Assembly: GCA_052034935.1 (NCBI GenBank)
Contig: JBPOIB010000001.1
Coordinates: 316,348-380,347, forward strand
Direction: 5' to 3'
Length of the DNA stretch: 64,000 bases
DNA from: Candidatus Moraniibacteriota bacterium
GTDB taxonomy: Bacteria; Patescibacteriota; Minisyncoccia; Moranbacterales; UBA1568
Shown here: piece after piece, positions 56,037 to 64,000 of the stretch
How positions within the stretch are numbered: position 1 is the first letter of the stretch
Layout of the letters: each line of letters starts with the position of its first letter
Notes under the pieces: generated by a model
Told to the model about the DNA's origin: nothing
The model's input: the letters and a program-made list of their open reading frames with translations, nothing else
The model's database searches: none
Translations under genes and position numbers: made by a program

Positions 56037-57077
56037 CTAACCCTGTTTTGACTTCTCAACGGTAAGCTGGCCGCAAGCAGCAGCGATATCTGCTCCCATG
56101 GTACGGCGGCGCGTCACGTCGATCCGGGCATCAAGCAATTTCTCTTCGAAATGAATCAGCGCCGAACTCTGGCTCGTGGAGTATTTGCTTTTTGTATCGT
56201 TATACGGAATAAGATTCACTTTTACCTTGCCAACTTTTCGAGCGAAAGCGATCAATTTTTCCGCATGACCCGGTGTATCATTCACGCCCGCGAGCATCAC
56301 GTATTCGAATGTCAGGTGCCGGCGGCGGCTTTCGAATTTTTGGAAATACCGGACCGTCCACTCGGCGAGATCGTCGAGGAATTTGGGGTATGAACTCGGC
56401 ATAATATCGGTCCGAGTTTTTGTATCAGCGCTGTGAAGCGAGACCGCCAGGCGGACCGGTGGCCATGTCTCGTCGGTCAAAATTTTCCGTAGCATCGGAA
56501 TAAGACCGACCGTCGAGACGGTCAGTCGCGTGGGCCCCATATCCGTATGGGCGAGAAATGCCTGAAGTGACTGCTTGACATTCTCGTAGTTGGCGAGAGG
56601 CTCCCCCATTCCCATATACACGACATTCGATATCCGCTGGTCCAGATCATGTCGAGTAGAAAGAAAGTGCATCCAGTAGCGGTACTGGTCGATGATCTCA
56701 TCAGCTGTCAAATTCCGGGTAAAACCCATCTTTCCGGTTGCACAGAATGTGCAGGCCATCGCACACCCGACCTGCGAAGAAACGCAGATACTCCAGAAAC
56801 CGCGCGCGTTCTGCATGAGCACGGTTTCAATCCGCTTCCCATCGACTGTTTCAAGAAGAGCCTTGAACGTATCTTTTTTTACACTCTGGAGCAAGGCACT
56901 TTCTTTTAAAGAAATCCATGGGACTTCAGCGGAAAGCCTTTCCCGCCACTCTTTGGAAAGAACGGTAACATCATCCCAGGCTTTCCAGTCGGACCGAAAA
57001 AGCGCAGCCGTAATCTGGCGGCGACGGAAAGCAGGCTCCGCAGCAAGCATTTGTTCAAGTGTTTCGTTTCGAGTCAT
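56037..57077 (-). CDS. rlmN: 23S rRNA/tRNA (adenine-C2)-methyltransferase RlmN
   Basis: Radical-SAM CAMACTFCATG plus the second conserved Cys pair typical of RlmN/Cfr. Confidence 0.88.
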   Translation of the reverse strand: MTRNETLEQMLAAEPAFRRRQITAALFRSDWKAWDDVTVLSKEWRERLSAEVPWISLKESALLQSVKKDTFKALLETVDGKRIETVLMQNARGFWSICVSSQVGCAMACTFCATGKMGFTRNLTADEIIDQYRYWMHFLSTRHDLDQRISNVVYMGMGEPLANYENVKQSLQAFLAHTDMGPTRLTVSTVGLIPMLRKILTDETWPPVRLAVSLHSADTKTRTDIMPSSYPKFLDDLAEWTVRYFQKFESRRRHLTFEYVMLAGVNDTPGHAEKLIAFARKVGKVKVNLIPYNDTKSKYSTSQSSALIHFEEKLLDARIDVTRRRTMGADIAAACGQLTVEKSKQG

Positions 57078-57125
57078 GAAAAATATCGTCTCGAAACTTT
57101 ACACTTTTTCAAGAGAAAAGTCAAC

Positions 57126-57455
57126 CTACTTATCCTCTTTGCGTGCGCCCTCAAAAAGATCGCGTTCAGGTGTTCTTGTCTCCAGATGCCTTGTACGATC
57201 TTCTCCGAGCCGATTCAAAGCATCCATAAATTTTCCCTCCTGGAAGGCGGTTTCTTTAGCGGTCGAATCGAGATATGATTTGCGCTGCTCCGGCGTCCAT
57301 GAATAATGGTACAGGTAACGATACCACTGTTGGCCGGCGAATCCCGTCAACAGCAGAAAGAGGAAAACGAAGAGCAGCTTGTAGTGCCGTATCCAGACAT
57401 AGAATGCCTGACGCCGGATTTTATCAAACGAGAGTTTTTTCATGGAGAGCTTCAT
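57126..57455 (-). CDS. hypothetical single-TM protein downstream of pilO (possible pilus accessory component)
   Basis: 109 aa; TM LLFVFLFLLLTGFAG; operon position analogous to pilP. Confidence 0.4.
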   Translation of the reverse strand: MKLSMKKLSFDKIRRQAFYVWIRHYKLLFVFLFLLLTGFAGQQWYRYLYHYSWTPEQRKSYLDSTAKETAFQEGKFMDALNRLGEDRTRHLETRTPERDLFEGARKEDK

Positions 57456-57465
57456 AGGTCATTTT

Positions 57466-58209
57466 CTAGTCTTTCATATAGACTACGGTTTCAAACACTG
57501 CATCCAGGCGAAGTTTAGGCGCCACAACCGGGGCCGCTGGGATCAAGGCAGTTTCACCAAAAGGATTCAGCGCGCCCGACTCAGGCGCAACGAGGTCTCC
57601 TTCTTCGGGGTGTTCCTTGATATTCAAACCAATGACGTCCAGAGCAAAGGGTATCGTCTCAAGCTGGTGCAAGTACCGCACAATAGAGCGGTACTCGCCC
57701 GTAAGCGTAATCGTCAGCTTGAGGAATTTTTTGATCGGCAGTTCGGCAATAATCCCCGTTTCCTTAACAGCGCCTCGTTTCGTCGGCTCAGCTGGATTTT
57801 CAGATTTTTCTCCGACAACCGGTTTGCTCCCCTCTTTTTTTTCCGCCAGAGTCACCTTGCTTTCCAAAAAAGCATTATCCCTTGACTCAATCTCTATATC
57901 AACTCCGTTGGAAAGCGCTAGTGATTCAAGTTGCTCAATAAAATCAACGAGTCGCTCCTTACTCAAAATGATTTCTAATTCTTCCGCACGCTCTTTGATA
58001 AGCCCATGCTGCTTTTCGAGATCCGGTAAGCGCTCGAGTTGTTTGCCTCGATATTCCTGAGTAACTGAGAGTTTCTGGATAGAATCCATCCGGTCCTTGA
58101 TCACGGAGAGAAAAGGCCGAATACCGAACCAGCCGATAAGCCCGATGAGAGAGAGAAGGGCTATCTGCCAAAGCAGCGGCTTGATTTTTTCCCAGCTAGC
58201 GTTTTGCAT
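57466..58209 (-). CDS. pilO: type IV pilus assembly protein PilO-like
   Basis: Short N-terminus, TM (LLWQIALLSLIGLIGWFGI), coiled coil, C-terminal periplasmic domain; follows pilN with overlap. Confidence 0.65.
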   Translation of the reverse strand: MQNASWEKIKPLLWQIALLSLIGLIGWFGIRPFLSVIKDRMDSIQKLSVTQEYRGKQLERLPDLEKQHGLIKERAEELEIILSKERLVDFIEQLESLALSNGVDIEIESRDNAFLESKVTLAEKKEGSKPVVGEKSENPAEPTKRGAVKETGIIAELPIKKFLKLTITLTGEYRSIVRYLHQLETIPFALDVIGLNIKEHPEEGDLVAPESGALNPFGETALIPAAPVVAPKLRLDAVFETVVYMKD

Positions 58210-58771
58210 AAGAGCTTTCGTAAGTAAGGCACTCTTTCTTCATCTTAAAATCTATCTGAAAATCTATCTCTTTCTGAGAAAAAAGATTCGAAATCGGAAC
58301 CCGCACATCGCTCACGCATTCAGCTGCCTTGAGCGCGGCCTCGAACTCCAAAAACTGGTCCCTCGTCTCGGCCTGCCCGGAAAGTGAAATCGTATAGTCT
58401 TTGGTCAAAAGTTCAATAATCACCACCCCTTTTGGTGTCAACTCGTCAAGCATGAGTAAGAGGGACGTCCAACGTAAACGAGCCTGCTGGTAACGAGTAA
58501 CAACTTCGGTTGTCGCGTTTGCCATCTTAAACTCTTCCTGATACACCACGAGTTTCTTGGCTTCTTCATTATACTGATCGAAGGCAGCAAGCGCCTGACT
58601 GGCTGTCTTTGACTGATAATGCAGAATCATAAAGATACCACCGAGAACAACAACATAATAGAGCTCCAGGATAAGAAGCAGTGTCGTTTGCCACAAGAAA
58701 AATCGGTTTCGGAATTTCCGTATGAGCGCATCCTTTTTTTCCCCAGGAAGAACGTTAAGTAAGATCTTCAT
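58196..58771 (-). CDS. pilN: type IV pilus assembly protein PilN-like
   Basis: MKILLNVLP N-terminus (PilN INLLP-like), single TM, periplasmic domain; overlaps pilM stop. Confidence 0.7.
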   Translation of the reverse strand: MKILLNVLPGEKKDALIRKFRNRFFLWQTTLLLILELYYVVVLGGIFMILHYQSKTASQALAAFDQYNEEAKKLVVYQEEFKMANATTEVVTRYQQARLRWTSLLLMLDELTPKGVVIIELLTKDYTISLSGQAETRDQFLEFEAALKAAECVSDVRVPISNLFSQKEIDFQIDFKMKKECLTYESSYAKR

Positions 58772-59849
58772 ATTCGTCGAGGCCTCGCAAGGCGAGACCG
58801 ATAGCGGTTGAATACTGCACCGAATGTCCTCTATCTATCGGCGGGAGCGTCCGACCAAGCTTGATATTGACCCAGGGATTACCGAATTCAACAGATTGGT
58901 TGAGTCGCTTCGTTAGATAAGGGAGAAGACCCTTCATATTCGATCCGCCGCCGCAAAGTACAATACTGTCGATCGCGGCAGAATAGCCGAGGTTGGTAAG
59001 ATAGAAATTCGCCGAACGCTCTATTTCAATCGCGAGATTCTCGAGTATCGGCTGAGCCGCTTTGAACAGTGGACTCTTCATCGCGAGCGACCCAAGTCCA
59101 TACTTGATCTTCATCGCTTCCGCCTCTTCAAAAGGAATCTTCATCTCTTTGGCGATTGCATCAGAGATCATCTGGGACGACAACGGAACGCTCGAGGTGA
59201 AACAGGGAGTATGACCAATCGCGACAAGAAAACTCGTTCGGCGATCGCCAATATCCACAATAAGCCGCGTCTTATCCTCGTCCTTATCCAGTAGTAGACT
59301 GCGCGCCTGAGCGATTGACTCAGTCTCCAGACCGACAACCTCGAGCCCTGATTTTTCGAGTACGGCATAAATCTGATCAACCATCGTCCGGGCAACCGCA
59401 ACGACAAGCACACTCATCTTCTTCTTTTCATTAGCGATGGTCCGGTCAAGCACTTGATAATCGTAATAGACCTGGTCGAGCGTCAGTGGAATATTGGCCT
59501 CAATCTCCCACTTAATTGCCTCTTTGACCTCGTCAAGCTCCATCAGAGGAAGTGAAACAACGCGCAAAAAAGCCTTGGTCTCAGGGAGGGAACAGATGAC
59601 TTTCCGGGTTCGGACCGGCTTCGGCTGCGTCTTATCAAGCAAGTCCTTGATTGCCTGGACCACTATCGCCTCATTGACAATATCACCATCGACGATACTG
59701 CCAATTGCTATCGGAACAGATCCGAAGCTCGAAACCACCTCTTCCGAACCTTCACGCTCGAGCCACATCGCTTTGACCGAGAGATCTGAGAGGTCAAGAC
59801 CGAACGGTTGCGGGAAAAGATCAAAAACTTTTTTCCGAAAAAAACTCAT
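58755..59849 (-). CDS. pilM: type IV pilus assembly protein PilM (actin-like ATPase fold)
   Basis: 364 aa; FtsA/PilM-type actin fold segments (...GLDLSDLSVKAMWLE..., ...VLCGGGSNMKGL...). Confidence 0.78.
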   Translation of the reverse strand: MSFFRKKVFDLFPQPFGLDLSDLSVKAMWLEREGSEEVVSSFGSVPIAIGSIVDGDIVNEAIVVQAIKDLLDKTQPKPVRTRKVICSLPETKAFLRVVSLPLMELDEVKEAIKWEIEANIPLTLDQVYYDYQVLDRTIANEKKKMSVLVVAVARTMVDQIYAVLEKSGLEVVGLETESIAQARSLLLDKDEDKTRLIVDIGDRRTSFLVAIGHTPCFTSSVPLSSQMISDAIAKEMKIPFEEAEAMKIKYGLGSLAMKSPLFKAAQPILENLAIEIERSANFYLTNLGYSAAIDSIVLCGGGSNMKGLLPYLTKRLNQSVEFGNPWVNIKLGRTLPPIDRGHSVQYSTAIGLALRGLDEYEDLT

Positions 59850-59895
59850 ACAGCAGTTTAGTGTTTGTTTTCCTTTTCAATCATACCACGCAGAA

Positions 59896-61314
59896 TCAAA
59901 GCTCCTCCCAAAGATCAAGTTCATATTGTGTCCCCGTTGGAAAGTATGGTGGCGGGTAGTAGAGGAGATTGTTGTCATAATAGAGGTTTCGTGTCTGATA
60001 CCCAGTACCATCAGTCCACGCAAATCCGTAACGGAGATTCGTCGCGATTGCTCCATAGATCGTAATTACCGATTTGTCATCAGGACTATAGCCTTTACTG
60101 ACATAGTGCTCACGACCAACTCTTCCCTGTTGAGCGAGGAGTGCCGCATCGATACGTAAATCATTTTCGCTCGCCCAGCCAATCTCAATATTATTTTGCG
60201 CCACGATACCGATGATGTCTCGACCATCCGTATTGGTATAACGGATATCGTTCAAGATATAGACCGATGGCGCCGGTCCACCGAGAAGGTCCGCCGAAAC
60301 GATGGTGACTCTTTTCGTATTGACTGTCCCTGACACCCAAACATTGTCTTCGACAAAGATAACCCCATTATCGGGAATGGCGTAATTTGCCCACGCTCCA
60401 TTATACGAAGTAATACTGTACGCCGTATTGAAGTTTCTCACTTGCCGGGCGCGAAATGTCCCATCAGCGCGAAGCTCGATATGCGTTCCCCGATTATTTG
60501 CTCCCGCTCCAGTAAAGTACACTCCCGCCCCGCTCTGAGATTCGCTTTTCATGAAGCTGAGGTCGCCAAGCACACCATTGAAATCGATTGTTGTTGTCGG
60601 AAACTCTCTCCCCGCCTCAAAGACGTCCGTTCTCGTCGGTACTGCTGCCGGCGGTAAGGGATCGGTCGGCGCATCATGAGTATGCACGCCAAATTCATTC
60701 CCACCCGAATGATCTGGATCATTATAGCTCGCCACTCCGCTCGAGATAACATTATGTGCTACCCCATCAAAACGGATGCCGACATTTGAATGGATTTTTC
60801 CGAAAACTTCCGTTCCAGCCCCAAAACGCATGAAATCATTGGCTAAAACGGCACTCTCGCTCCAGGAAGGCCGACGGAGCCGAACCTCAAGAACGCGCTG
60901 CTGATCCGGATAGCGATATGTCCAGCCGGTCGCCTTGATGAGAGCAATGGTCGAGCCGGTATCAGGAGGGGTCACCTCTATCCGATAGCGGCCGACTACT
61001 CCGCCAGAGGGGTCACTATAGTCGTTCTCATAGGGAGCAGCGACGCCATAGGCCGTACCGCTGTTCCAGAAGGTCTGTATCTGAGAAGCTGTTTTCCCCT
61101 CGACATTATGCGCGAGATACCAGCGGTAGAATTCAATCCCCGATTCGGCGATTTGAAGTGCTTGCTCTTTTGAACGAGTCTCCAAGGAATATTTTATATT
61201 CGACGTGATAAATTGCACGACCGAAACAAGAATAACCTGTACGACCGCCATGATAACAAGGCCGTAGACCAGGGCTCCACCCGTTAGCACAGAGGGTCGC
61301 TTATTAGTCTCCAT
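59896..61314 (-). CDS. PilX-like large pilus-associated protein (N-terminal hydrophobic helix, Gly/Thr/Asn-rich beta-rich body; ORF track extends to 61443)
   Basis: Met at 61314 gives METNKRPSVLTGGALVYGLVIMAVVQVILVSV (PilX_N-like anchor without a G|F prepilin site); 473 aa. Confidence 0.5.
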   Translation of the reverse strand: METNKRPSVLTGGALVYGLVIMAVVQVILVSVVQFITSNIKYSLETRSKEQALQIAESGIEFYRWYLAHNVEGKTASQIQTFWNSGTAYGVAAPYENDYSDPSGGVVGRYRIEVTPPDTGSTIALIKATGWTYRYPDQQRVLEVRLRRPSWSESAVLANDFMRFGAGTEVFGKIHSNVGIRFDGVAHNVISSGVASYNDPDHSGGNEFGVHTHDAPTDPLPPAAVPTRTDVFEAGREFPTTTIDFNGVLGDLSFMKSESQSGAGVYFTGAGANNRGTHIELRADGTFRARQVRNFNTAYSITSYNGAWANYAIPDNGVIFVEDNVWVSGTVNTKRVTIVSADLLGGPAPSVYILNDIRYTNTDGRDIIGIVAQNNIEIGWASENDLRIDAALLAQQGRVGREHYVSKGYSPDDKSVITIYGAIATNLRYGFAWTDGTGYQTRNLYYDNNLLYYPPPYFPTGTQYELDLWEEL

Positions 61315-61951
61315 ATGATTCGAGGTTACGCAAGTCGACAAATGATTCGACATTGATATTGTTTGGTGCCCTGATTGGATCGATATTGACGCGAAGCAAT
61401 ACTCGGACAAGCCGAACATCTTCGACAGCGATCGGCGTGACAATCGGATTATTCACCGTATCCCCCGGATAGTTTTCATTGTAGAAATAGAAGATCGGCT
61501 GCGCTGCTTCGTTCACAATATAGTCGGCAATAACGCTTGTTGTTCCATCCCCCGCTGCATAGGTCGGCGGATTCGTAGCGGAAGGTTCTCGAACGCCACG
61601 CATCAGACGGTCGTTGACCGCGTCAAGCCAGTAATGCACTCTCTCAGTCATGCCGTCATTATCGATATCAAGGTACACTTGGATATCGAAATCATCACCG
61701 GATTCGACCGGATAGTCGCCATTATCTGCCTGCCGGACCTTTCGGAGATTATTGATAATCTCCGCAGAAGCACGATTCACTTTGATTGCCGATATCCCTG
61801 TCTCAATGATGAACTTATTACTTTTCCACGTACTACTCAGGAGAAGAGTAAACCCGATCATGCCAGCCGAGATAATAAAGAGTGCGACAAGGGTTTCGAC
61901 GAGCGTCAAGCCACGCAACTTTTTCTTTGGGAGTTGGGAGTGGTGGTACAT
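61304..61951 (-). CDS. type IV minor pilin/pseudopilin (PilW/PilV-like)
   Basis: Prepilin N-terminus KKLRGLTLVETLVALFIISAGMIG (G|LTLVE class III signal). Confidence 0.7.
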   Translation of the reverse strand: MYHHSQLPKKKLRGLTLVETLVALFIISAGMIGFTLLLSSTWKSNKFIIETGISAIKVNRASAEIINNLRKVRQADNGDYPVESGDDFDIQVYLDIDNDGMTERVHYWLDAVNDRLMRGVREPSATNPPTYAAGDGTTSVIADYIVNEAAQPIFYFYNENYPGDTVNNPIVTPIAVEDVRLVRVLLRVNIDPIRAPNNINVESFVDLRNLESYGD

Positions 61952-61959
61952 ATTAATCG

Positions 61960-63336
61960 CTATGGATTCAGGGCCATCGCCTTATTCACTAAGCCAGAAG
62001 TCACATCGACCGTATCAGTATCAGTAACAAATCCGGCCGCTGAGACTTCGATATCATACGTCGCGGTCGTGAGTCCGGGCGATGACGTCGGAAAATAAGC
62101 CTTCCCATACTGGCTTGTCACCAAGGTCTCATCATATGAAAGTGTCGCGTTTGTAAGACGAACCGATGCACCATTGATTGGACTTCCGTCCGCGGCGGCC
62201 GTTACCGTTATGAGGGCTCCATTAATCGTCTTATCGGCTAAAACCATTTCGATTTGCCCGGTTGTGCCCGGCGCGAGCGTTATGAGATTCGGATCGGAAG
62301 GAGACTCGGGTAAAAGACTCACGAATTCATAGCCCGATTCACTCGGATCAAGCGTCCAGGTATAGCTTCCGTAGCTTCTTCCTAAGTATTCTTTCTCGCC
62401 GTTCGTATCAGTCACCGCGTCCTCGCCGAAATCATACACTGGTGTTCCAACACCGGAAATCGTTCCGATCTGCCGGCCGCCATCAATCCGAAAATTGATA
62501 TCGGGCAGTGAATCGCCGAACTGATCGACGGTCCGAAGGTCGAGATCAACATCCGTATCCATCACAAACGATGCCTGATTGACAGTTGCATCAATAACGG
62601 ACGCATGAACATCAGTTGGAATAAAAGCGCTCGTCGGGAACGGTGGATAGGTCGCGCTGCCAAAGTACCCACCCTTTGAAAAAGTTACCTGGTACGATTG
62701 TGAGCTCGCTGGCGCGCCAACAAGGAAGAGGTTCCCACTCACATCGGTGGTAGTCGTGACATCGACAGCGGGAGCAACAGATGCATTCACTATACGCACC
62801 GTCGCATTAGAAACGCCAACCCCTTGGGCATCGAGAATGTTGATTGAAAGTATCCCACCGCCTGCTGGCTGTTCGACTCCGAGCGGGGCAAAGGTGGAAA
62901 AAAGCTGAACTTCTTCTGATTCTCCGCCCGCCCCCCAAGAAACCTCAATTCTTACTCGCTTGTAGTCATTCGGGACAAGATCGTTGGGAACCCCGCCCAA
63001 GGTACCATCGTACGAGTCGTCGACATATTGGATAAAAGTGTGTACATGGTAGGCTGAGTTATTCACTTGAACATCCTCGTCTTGAGCGATATCACCCGAT
63101 GGGACGCCCAAGACCGTACCGATACTATCGTAATCGAGACTTCTCACTATTTCCATTTTTTGATTGGCTAACGAAATTGCTCCAAGCCGGTATTTTGATT
63201 GCTGAATCAGCGCTGTTCCGTAGGCGAACGTCTGAAAAAAAACCGCTGTGATCAGGGCGAAGATAAACAGAAATGCCAAGCCTTCTATGATGGTAAAACC
63301 GGCTTCAGCTCTTTTGTTCCACCCGCCTGTTCGCAT
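61960..63336 (-). CDS. type IV pilin-like protein with large C-terminal Ig/carboxypeptidase-regulatory-like repeats (458 aa)
   Basis: Prepilin N-terminus AEAGFTIIEGLAFLFIFALITAVF; C-terminal beta-sandwich-like repeats (GVSNATVRIVNASV..., GASVRLTNATLSYDE...). Confidence 0.65.
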   Translation of the reverse strand: MRTGGWNKRAEAGFTIIEGLAFLFIFALITAVFFQTFAYGTALIQQSKYRLGAISLANQKMEIVRSLDYDSIGTVLGVPSGDIAQDEDVQVNNSAYHVHTFIQYVDDSYDGTLGGVPNDLVPNDYKRVRIEVSWGAGGESEEVQLFSTFAPLGVEQPAGGGILSINILDAQGVGVSNATVRIVNASVAPAVDVTTTTDVSGNLFLVGAPASSQSYQVTFSKGGYFGSATYPPFPTSAFIPTDVHASVIDATVNQASFVMDTDVDLDLRTVDQFGDSLPDINFRIDGGRQIGTISGVGTPVYDFGEDAVTDTNGEKEYLGRSYGSYTWTLDPSESGYEFVSLLPESPSDPNLITLAPGTTGQIEMVLADKTINGALITVTAAADGSPINGASVRLTNATLSYDETLVTSQYGKAYFPTSSPGLTTATYDIEVSAAGFVTDTDTVDVTSGLVNKAMALNP

Positions 63337-63339
63337 AGG

Positions 63340-64000
63340 CTATTTGATATTTTCAAGAACGCTGTACATTGGTTGAAGCATCGCGACCGCGAAAAATCCA
63401 ACCGACGTACCAATGAGGAGCATGAGGATTGGCTCGATGATAGAAGACATGTTTTTCGTAATCTGAGAGACCTCCTCCTCATAAAACTCAGCCAGCCGCT
63501 GAAGCACATCTTCCGTCTTCCCTGTTTCTTCGCCGACTTGAATAATCTGCGTTACAAGAATCGGGAAGATTCGTGGATGCTGCTCGGTGACCTTTGAAAG
63601 CTCGGTTCCCTTCTGAACCTCTTCAATGCCTTGGATCAGCGCCTCCTTGTAGTAGACATTGCCCAGTGTTCGCGAAACAATCGTCAATGCACTCACCACT
63701 GAGATTCCACTTTTGAGCAGCGAGCTGTAGATACGAGAAAATCGGGCGCAATTCACTTTGACAACGATACTGCCGACAATCGGAAGCCTGAGAACCAGCC
63801 AGTTGAGGAAGTGGCGGCCGGCATCGGTCTTGGCTGCGACCCGGATTCCTATCAGAATGATAATGACGCTGATGACAACGATAATCCAGTGGACTCGAAG
63901 AAGGTCAGAGGCAGCGATAAGGAATCTCGTGAGTGGCGGCAGTTCGACCGCCATATCAACGAACACCGCCGTAATCTTCGGAAGAATATAGGTCAGCATA
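63340..64000 (-). CDS. pilC: type IV pilus platform protein PilC (GspF family), C-terminal part; gene continues beyond the window end
   Basis: GspF-domain repeat with ...LLKSGISVVSALTIV..., ...PILVTQIIQVGEETG..., terminal TM; no start codon within the window. Confidence 0.8.
   Translation of the reverse strand, partial: MLTYILPKITAVFVDMAVELPPLTRFLIAASDLLRVHWIIVVISVIIILIGIRVAAKTDAGRHFLNWLVLRLPIVGSIVVKVNCARFSRIYSSLLKSGISVVSALTIVSRTLGNVYYKEALIQGIEEVQKGTELSKVTEQHPRIFPILVTQIIQVGEETGKTEDVLQRLAEFYEEEVSQITKNMSSIIEPILMLLIGTSVGFFAVAMLQPMYSVLENIK

Noticed and set aside
1-64000. Mobile elements, CRISPR arrays, integrases
   Set aside because: No transposase/integrase-like ORFs, no regularly spaced direct repeats, and no tRNA-adjacent islands were seen anywhere in the window.

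Overview
This is a gene-dense 64-kb bacterial window of about 52-55% GC, with roughly 70 protein genes and about 95% of coding sequence on the minus strand. I found one clear RNA gene, RNase P RNA (rnpB), at about 2868-3245 on the minus strand. The six-frame ORF track covers it with spurious ORFs. Housekeeping content includes pheS-pheT, tyrS, secD-secF, an ABC-F ATPase, PBP1A, a MacAB-type efflux set with two tandem FtsX-like permeases, rnhA, recJ, dnaJ preceded by a perfect CIRCE operator, mltG, yjbQ, trxA, lepA and murJ. A cell-envelope glycan block carries a GT4 glycosyltransferase, galU and rmlA/rmlD/rmlB/rmlC. The rml set is interrupted by a compact six-gene hydrolase cassette (MBL-fold hydrolase, NUDIX, MazG-like, S51 peptidase-like, NUDIX, DUF5680-like). 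A truncated dcw cluster is present (mraZ-rsmH-ftsL-ftsI-murF, then a KH protein), followed by bcp, rarA, xth, a MiaB-family methylthiotransferase, a CapA-like phosphoesterase, rlmN and a type IV pilus cluster (pilC partial, three large pilin-like proteins, pilM-pilN-pilO). I found no transposases, CRISPR arrays or tRNAs. The most unusual features are: a parvulin-type PPIase domain embedded inside SecD; an AT-rich mini-island at 13.1-14.2 kb with a 14-bp inverted repeat pair and a three-gene operon of tiny proteins; a 900-bp intergenic region at 50.5-51.4 kb containing a canonical sigma70 promoter, a leaderless Phe-rich leader ORF, mutually exclusive terminator/antiterminator hairpins, and two small ORFs with good ribosome-binding sites and terminators; a 43-aa membrane peptide gene with its own promoter, RBS and terminator; and four NUDIX genes plus a MazG-like gene within 64 kb. 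Gene content (many NUDIX, type IV pili, no biosynthetic operons) suggests a streamlined genome, but that taxonomic reading is inference only.
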